Source: a virus | Taxonomy: Duplodnaviria; Caudoviricetes | Direction: 5' to 3' (one strand) | Virus record (IMG/VR): IMGVR_UViG_3300027586_000012 | Span: 1-51,967 of that record | Length of the DNA: 51,967 nt | Shown here: piece by piece, positions 47,763 through 51,967 of the stretch | Position numbering within the stretch: the stretch's first letter is position 1 | Layout of the letters: the number at the start of each line of letters is the position of its first letter | Position numbers and translations under genes: made by a program | The notes under the pieces: generated by a model | What the model was told of the DNA's origin: nothing | Databases searched by the model: none | What the model saw: the letters and a program-made list of their open reading frames with translations, nothing else

Positions 47763-48305
47763 TTACTTATGGTAGACAAAGCAAGACCACATATACCTGT
47801 GTTTGTTTTTTACGTCTGTTACCAAATGTAATTCATTTGAATTAAAAACAATTGCGGATCCAGCCGGCGGTTTAATCGAAAGATCGTGTTCCGGAAATTC
47901 TATTAATCCACCCTCATGGTCGTCATTGAGGTAACCGCATAGAGTATATTCAACAGGCATTGTATTTCCCTTATCATCATAAGTGTAATCCCTATGAGCA
48001 CTCATGCCGGCTATTGGAAAATCCCATTTTCTTATATATAGACCATGTTGGTCATGATAATATAGATTTTTATCTATACCCAACTCTAGCATATAATCAT
48101 CTAGGCATTTTTGAGTGGCGCGTTTTATCTGAGTAGATAAATACTCGTTATTGTCTATTGTGCCTGTTTCACCAATTCTGTAGTTTGGATCATTGTTATT
48201 TCGACCCCACATTTTCCAGTCTAGTTCTGTTAAATTTAAAAATATTTTATCTAAATCTTCAAATAAATTTGTAAATAAAAAAATATCTTTAGTTAACTTA
48301 ATCAT
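47763..48305 (-). CDS. 2OG-Fe(II) oxygenase
   Basis: AHRD...YLNDDHEGGLIEFP...KPPAGSAIVF...HLV...RY. Confidence 0.85.
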   Translation of the reverse strand: MIKLTKDIFLFTNLFEDLDKIFLNLTELDWKMWGRNNNDPNYRIGETGTIDNNEYLSTQIKRATQKCLDDYMLELGIDKNLYYHDQHGLYIRKWDFPIAGMSAHRDYTYDDKGNTMPVEYTLCGYLNDDHEGGLIEFPEHDLSIKPPAGSAIVFNSNELHLVTDVKNKHRYMWSCFVYHK

Positions 48306-48980
48306 TTATAGTTCTAATGCCTTTTTTATAAAAAGATCTAATATTTTTTTATTATATTCATCCTTGAGACCATCTACCGGATGTGGAGCTTTAGTGTGAG
48401 TCATGCTAGGAATTAACTCGGTTACCCCAAGGCATTCAAGTATTTCTGATTGAAAAATAAAATCAGTTATTCCTGCCTCACCTGCGTACATATGCAGGGA
48501 CTCTAAAAAATCATTGTTTTGATACAATCTTTGTTCGTGTGTATAGTGAGGACTAATGCCTTCATACTTAAGTAACATCTCGGTGAACTGAGGAAGTGGT
48601 TCTACTATCACAATCTTAGAATTTTTAAATATGCTTGTGAGCTGTTTTATATACTCGCAAGCCAACACATCTGCATTACGATATCCCGATAAGAATGTTC
48701 TTATATCTACATATCCAAACCAAGAAAAAATTACACCATCATCTTTTATATCTGAAAAAGAAATCACGCCATCTTCAGGGAATATTTGCTCTTCTTTTCC
48801 TGAAGACAGTTCACCTTCTTGGTACATCGTTTTAAAATCTAAACCCCAAATTTTTTTAGCCGCTTTACCCCAGAAGACCATATCAATCTTATCGTTACTT
48901 TCATGATAGTGTTCAGAAACTCTAGATAAGTGACAATCTCCAATTAAATATATTTTTTTCATGTTATTAAATAACTCCAT
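48306..48980 (-). CDS. SGNH/GDSL-hydrolase-like protein
   Basis: IYLIGDCH (GDS-like, with Cys in place of Ser), FGYVDIR, C-terminal HPVD; weak match. Confidence 0.5.
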   Translation of the reverse strand: MELFNNMKKIYLIGDCHLSRVSEHYHESNDKIDMVFWGKAAKKIWGLDFKTMYQEGELSSGKEEQIFPEDGVISFSDIKDDGVIFSWFGYVDIRTFLSGYRNADVLACEYIKQLTSIFKNSKIVIVEPLPQFTEMLLKYEGISPHYTHEQRLYQNNDFLESLHMYAGEAGITDFIFQSEILECLGVTELIPSMTHTKAPHPVDGLKDEYNKKILDLFIKKALEL

Positions 48981-49755
48981 CTTTTTTTCTTACTAGATCA
49001 TGTATTAGATTAATTTGGCTATCATTTCTATGAGTTCGTATCATTAGATCCGTTGCGCCGATACTTTCTAAATGTTTTATTTTTTCTATAACCTGTTGCT
49101 CTGTTCCAAAGATCGTCCATCTCTTTTGATGCTTGTGATCAATTTCATCTACAATACGTTCTGCTTCTTCGTAGGTATCTCTTATCACTATTGCAGCAGA
49201 AACTATTCTTTTTTTATTCCTTTTAAATATTTCTGGATTATCCAGATAAGTATCCACCATACAAAGATTATAGTCAGCAAACAATGCGGCTGAGTCAAGA
49301 GTTTTTTCTGATGTTCCAGACATTACAATTTCAGGAACATCTTCTTCATTAAGCATAGATAGGACCTTCTTGATCCACAGATGCGTGTAATCTACTCTTC
49401 TTTCAACAGTATTAAGATTTTCTTGACTCAAAAGAATATCATCTACTGATGATTCACAATCTTGGATATCCCCAGCCACTATGTTAAACATTATTCTATT
49501 TTTTTGTATTTCATTAAATGATTTATACATCATAACAAAATATTCTGGACTAATAGAATAGGTTCTCATTGCAATATGGTATTTAAATTTATGTTCTTTA
49601 TTTATTATATTCGCACACCTTATCCAATTGTCATTATCCAAAGAATGGTAAACCAACAATATGGAATAATAGTTACAGGCATTTACTACTTCTGAAATAC
49701 TTCTCAGGCCATCTAGATCAGACGGATCGTGAATATGCATCCAGTGTAAGTTCAT
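48967..49755 (-). CDS. Luciferase-like (LLM) flavin-dependent oxidoreductase
   Basis: SILLVYH, YHIAMRTYSISP, RIMFNIVAG, IVMSGTS..T...AA..AD, IFGTEQQVIEKI..L...GATDLMI. Confidence 0.7.
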   Translation of the reverse strand: MNLHWMHIHDPSDLDGLRSISEVVNACNYYSILLVYHSLDNDNWIRCANIINKEHKFKYHIAMRTYSISPEYFVMMYKSFNEIQKNRIMFNIVAGDIQDCESSVDDILLSQENLNTVERRVDYTHLWIKKVLSMLNEEDVPEIVMSGTSEKTLDSAALFADYNLCMVDTYLDNPEIFKRNKKRIVSAAIVIRDTYEEAERIVDEIDHKHQKRWTIFGTEQQVIEKIKHLESIGATDLMIRTHRNDSQINLIHDLVRKKDGVI

Positions 49756-49767
49756 TGACTTAAGCCT

Positions 49768-50619
49768 TTAATCTAAATCTCTATATCTTAGCCCAGTTAT
49801 TCCATTTCTTTTATCTTCCAAGACCGCTTCTGGCTCTTGCCAAACAAACCCATTTACTCGATCAAACCAACTATCCCATCTTGTGCTTGGGTCTTCTTTT
49901 ATATATTTTATTTGATTTTCATATTCTGGAGTTTTGTAGTTATAAAATGTACCAGGATTAACGTGTGAGGGTAATACAAAATTAGAAAATGCAAAGCGCA
50001 TCCCACTTGTAATTTCTTTTGTCCCATGGCAGTAATCTCCATGTGAACCATGAATTATTAAGTCTCCATTATTTGGCTTGACGCACAGCTCTTCATTATT
50101 TTTAAATGGAGTAAAGTTTCCTATATATTCTGCGTTTTTATTAAGATTTGGATAAAAGACTTCTCCACCTTCAAAGTCACCAAAGTATACAATCAAACCA
50201 TAATGGAGTCTACAGCATGTATTCCACATATCTCGAGATATCAAAGATTTTGAGGCTATTTCACAAGTTCCACAAATTGGTCCACAATCTTCATGCGGTT
50301 TACCGGGAGCATCTGCATGATGATACATTCCTGAATCACCAACTCTTGCTTTTATTAAAGAAAGTTGAGGGTGCATAGAAAGTTCTGGATAAATTAATTC
50401 ACTAGCCTGTTCCCAGACCTCGTGCATTTCTGGAATTAATACTGTAATTCTATCATGATACCAATCAAGATTGTGTTCGACAACTGGATCATCTATATGC
50501 TTTTCTAAAATATTGTTTATCTTATTTAATAAATCACCTTTTATAAAATTTCTATAGATAAAAAGTTTTGGCGCCAGTTGTTCTATATTTGGATTTTTCC
50601 TAAACGACTCGTCATACAT
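49768..50619 (-). CDS. 2OG-Fe(II) oxygenase with a Cys-rich insert
   Basis: HHAD...CGPICGTC...CC...YFGDFEGGEVFYP...KPNNGDLIIHGS...HGTKEITSGMRF; ATG 50619 has an AGGG RBS. Confidence 0.8.
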   Translation of the reverse strand: MYDESFRKNPNIEQLAPKLFIYRNFIKGDLLNKINNILEKHIDDPVVEHNLDWYHDRITVLIPEMHEVWEQASELIYPELSMHPQLSLIKARVGDSGMYHHADAPGKPHEDCGPICGTCEIASKSLISRDMWNTCCRLHYGLIVYFGDFEGGEVFYPNLNKNAEYIGNFTPFKNNEELCVKPNNGDLIIHGSHGDYCHGTKEITSGMRFAFSNFVLPSHVNPGTFYNYKTPEYENQIKYIKEDPSTRWDSWFDRVNGFVWQEPEAVLEDKRNGITGLRYRDLD

Positions 50620-50747
50620 AGTGTTTTCCCTTTGCATTTTTATTGCTGGAGCAGTACACAATAGTAGCATAATTAAACATTCATGTAAAGTTATCCTAAG
50701 CTAATCCAGCTTTACTATTTATGATATCTAGCTGAAGGGGTAATCAG

Positions 50748-51967
50748 TTGAGTATTATTAACAAGCTTAGCTTTGCTTTGAAAAAAATTAAAAGTAGTGA
50801 TCGTGGTAGTCGCATACGCTTTCGCAAAGGGGCTTGGATATTAGCTCCAGCTTTTTTAATATCAATGTTTGTGCCTATGGCTACCCCAGCCCAAGCATTG
50901 TCGCCTGTTTTTGAGTCAACTGCGGCAGCAAAGGTAACCCTAGGTTCATTGGCAAGTCGAACCCAATGTACGGCCCTAAGCAGGCAAGGGATTGGGCCAT
51001 ACACAATGACTGGCACCGATGCCACCTCTGGCAGTTCGTATTCTTATGTAACCGATAAGAACTACACGCAAACGGCGCAGTTATACGAAGGTCAAGAATC
51101 ACCCAACCAGAGCCTGTCTTACACCACATCTACAGGACAAACATATTCTGGACGTAGTGGAGTAATTCGCCTATTCTCTTCGGGTCAGATTAATTACAAC
51201 AATACCTGTAATAATCATTCAACATACGGTTCGGCGTTTGGACCAGAAATATGGACCGAGCCGTTTCCCGCAACAGCAAATCAATCAATTTCTTTTGACT
51301 GGGCTGCTGCTGGTGGCGGTGATGACTACGAATCATACGGATACTTGGTTAAGGTTTCGGCAAGTGGGAACACATACGACTATGGCTCTAGTGCTAATTC
51401 AACTTTGGTTGCATACGGACGTGGGCAAAACCAGGGCTGGGTTACGTCTACCGGAGTAGTTCCATCTAATGGTTATTACAGATTCAGGTTTGTGAATGGT
51501 TCCTATGATGCAACTGGCGGTCAAGTCCTTGGTGCGGCAATGTATATTGACTCAGCAATATCTGTAGCCGGTGCAAACACTATTACTTTTGCTCAGCCTG
51601 CTGACATAGTTACCTCTTCATCAAACCAGACATTTACTGTCTCGGCCACTGCTACTTCTGGGTTATCGGTTACGTTTACATCGATCACTACAGGCAAGTG
51701 CACCGTTGGTTCATCGACCGATAGCGGTGGAACTTCAACTGCGACAGTGACGGTGTTGGCTAGTCAAACAGGAACTTGCACCATCTCCACGAATAGTTCT
51801 GCCAATAACTCGTATGTAGCAGCAGCCACGGTGAGCCAGTCGTTCACTCTCGTTGCAGGGTCTACGGCTCCAACAACATCTGGTGGAACATCAATGTCCG
51901 GAACTGTTGCATCCGGAAATACTTTGACCGCAGTCGATGGAACTTGGGGTGACGGTGGCGCTGCTAT
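50748..51967 (+). CDS. Secreted/surface Ser/Thr-rich Ig-like beta-sandwich protein, 3'-truncated
   Basis: TTG start after GAAGGGG; the frame stays open to the window end. Signal-peptide-like RIRFRKGAWILAPAFLISMFVPMATPAQA. NTITFAQP...SATATSGLSVTFTS.T...CTV...GTCTI and SGNTLTAVDGTW repeats are typical of actinobacterial surface proteins. Absent from the ORF track because it lacks a stop. Confidence 0.7.
   Translation, partial: MSIINKLSFALKKIKSSDRGSRIRFRKGAWILAPAFLISMFVPMATPAQALSPVFESTAAAKVTLGSLASRTQCTALSRQGIGPYTMTGTDATSGSSYSYVTDKNYTQTAQLYEGQESPNQSLSYTTSTGQTYSGRSGVIRLFSSGQINYNNTCNNHSTYGSAFGPEIWTEPFPATANQSISFDWAAAGGGDDYESYGYLVKVSASGNTYDYGSSANSTLVAYGRGQNQGWVTSTGVVPSNGYYRFRFVNGSYDATGGQVLGAAMYIDSAISVAGANTITFAQPADIVTSSSNQTFTVSATATSGLSVTFTSITTGKCTVGSSTDSGGTSTATVTVLASQTGTCTISTNSSANNSYVAAATVSQSFTLVAGSTAPTTSGGTSMSGTVASGNTLTAVDGTWGDGGAA

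Noticed and set aside
50744-51459. ORFs 50744-51025 (-), 50881-51129 (-) and 51238-51459 (+)
   Set aside because: They overlap the long open + frame starting at 50748, which has an RBS, a signal peptide and coherent domain content.

Overview
This is an AT-rich, gene-dense fragment of a large tailed dsDNA bacteriophage. An actinobacterial (probably freshwater) host is inferred from an r1t-type holin, an M15/VanY endolysin and an actinobacterial-style surface protein. Order of modules: paralogous putative virion/baseplate genes (1-14.2 kb); holin; nucleotide metabolism (class II nrdJ, thyX, NDT-like); glycosyltransferases; replication (DnaB-like helicase, AEP primase, DnaE, RNase HI, dNMP kinase, PD-(D/E)XK nucleases); a sigma-70-family factor; many tiny Lys-rich proteins around the endolysin; a CAS/TauD dioxygenase; a glycan cluster; an inverted oxygenase/LLM block; and a truncated secreted protein. 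Main discovery: every apparent frameshift in the window sits at an in-frame CGG codon, and dropping the C to read GGN (Gly) in the +1 frame restores the protein. A manual scan found nine in-frame CGG codons (2370, 8311, 32110, 33491, 34339, 34900, 35030, 40070, 40236) in seven genes. Eight split a gene and one gives DnaE an alternative end with an ATGA overlap. I found no CGG read as ordinary Arg inside a continuing gene. This points to a CGG-triggered +1 frameshift or quadruplet (CGGN = Gly) recoding system, with double sites in the sigma factor and the endolysin. A systematic sequencing artefact must still be excluded with raw reads.
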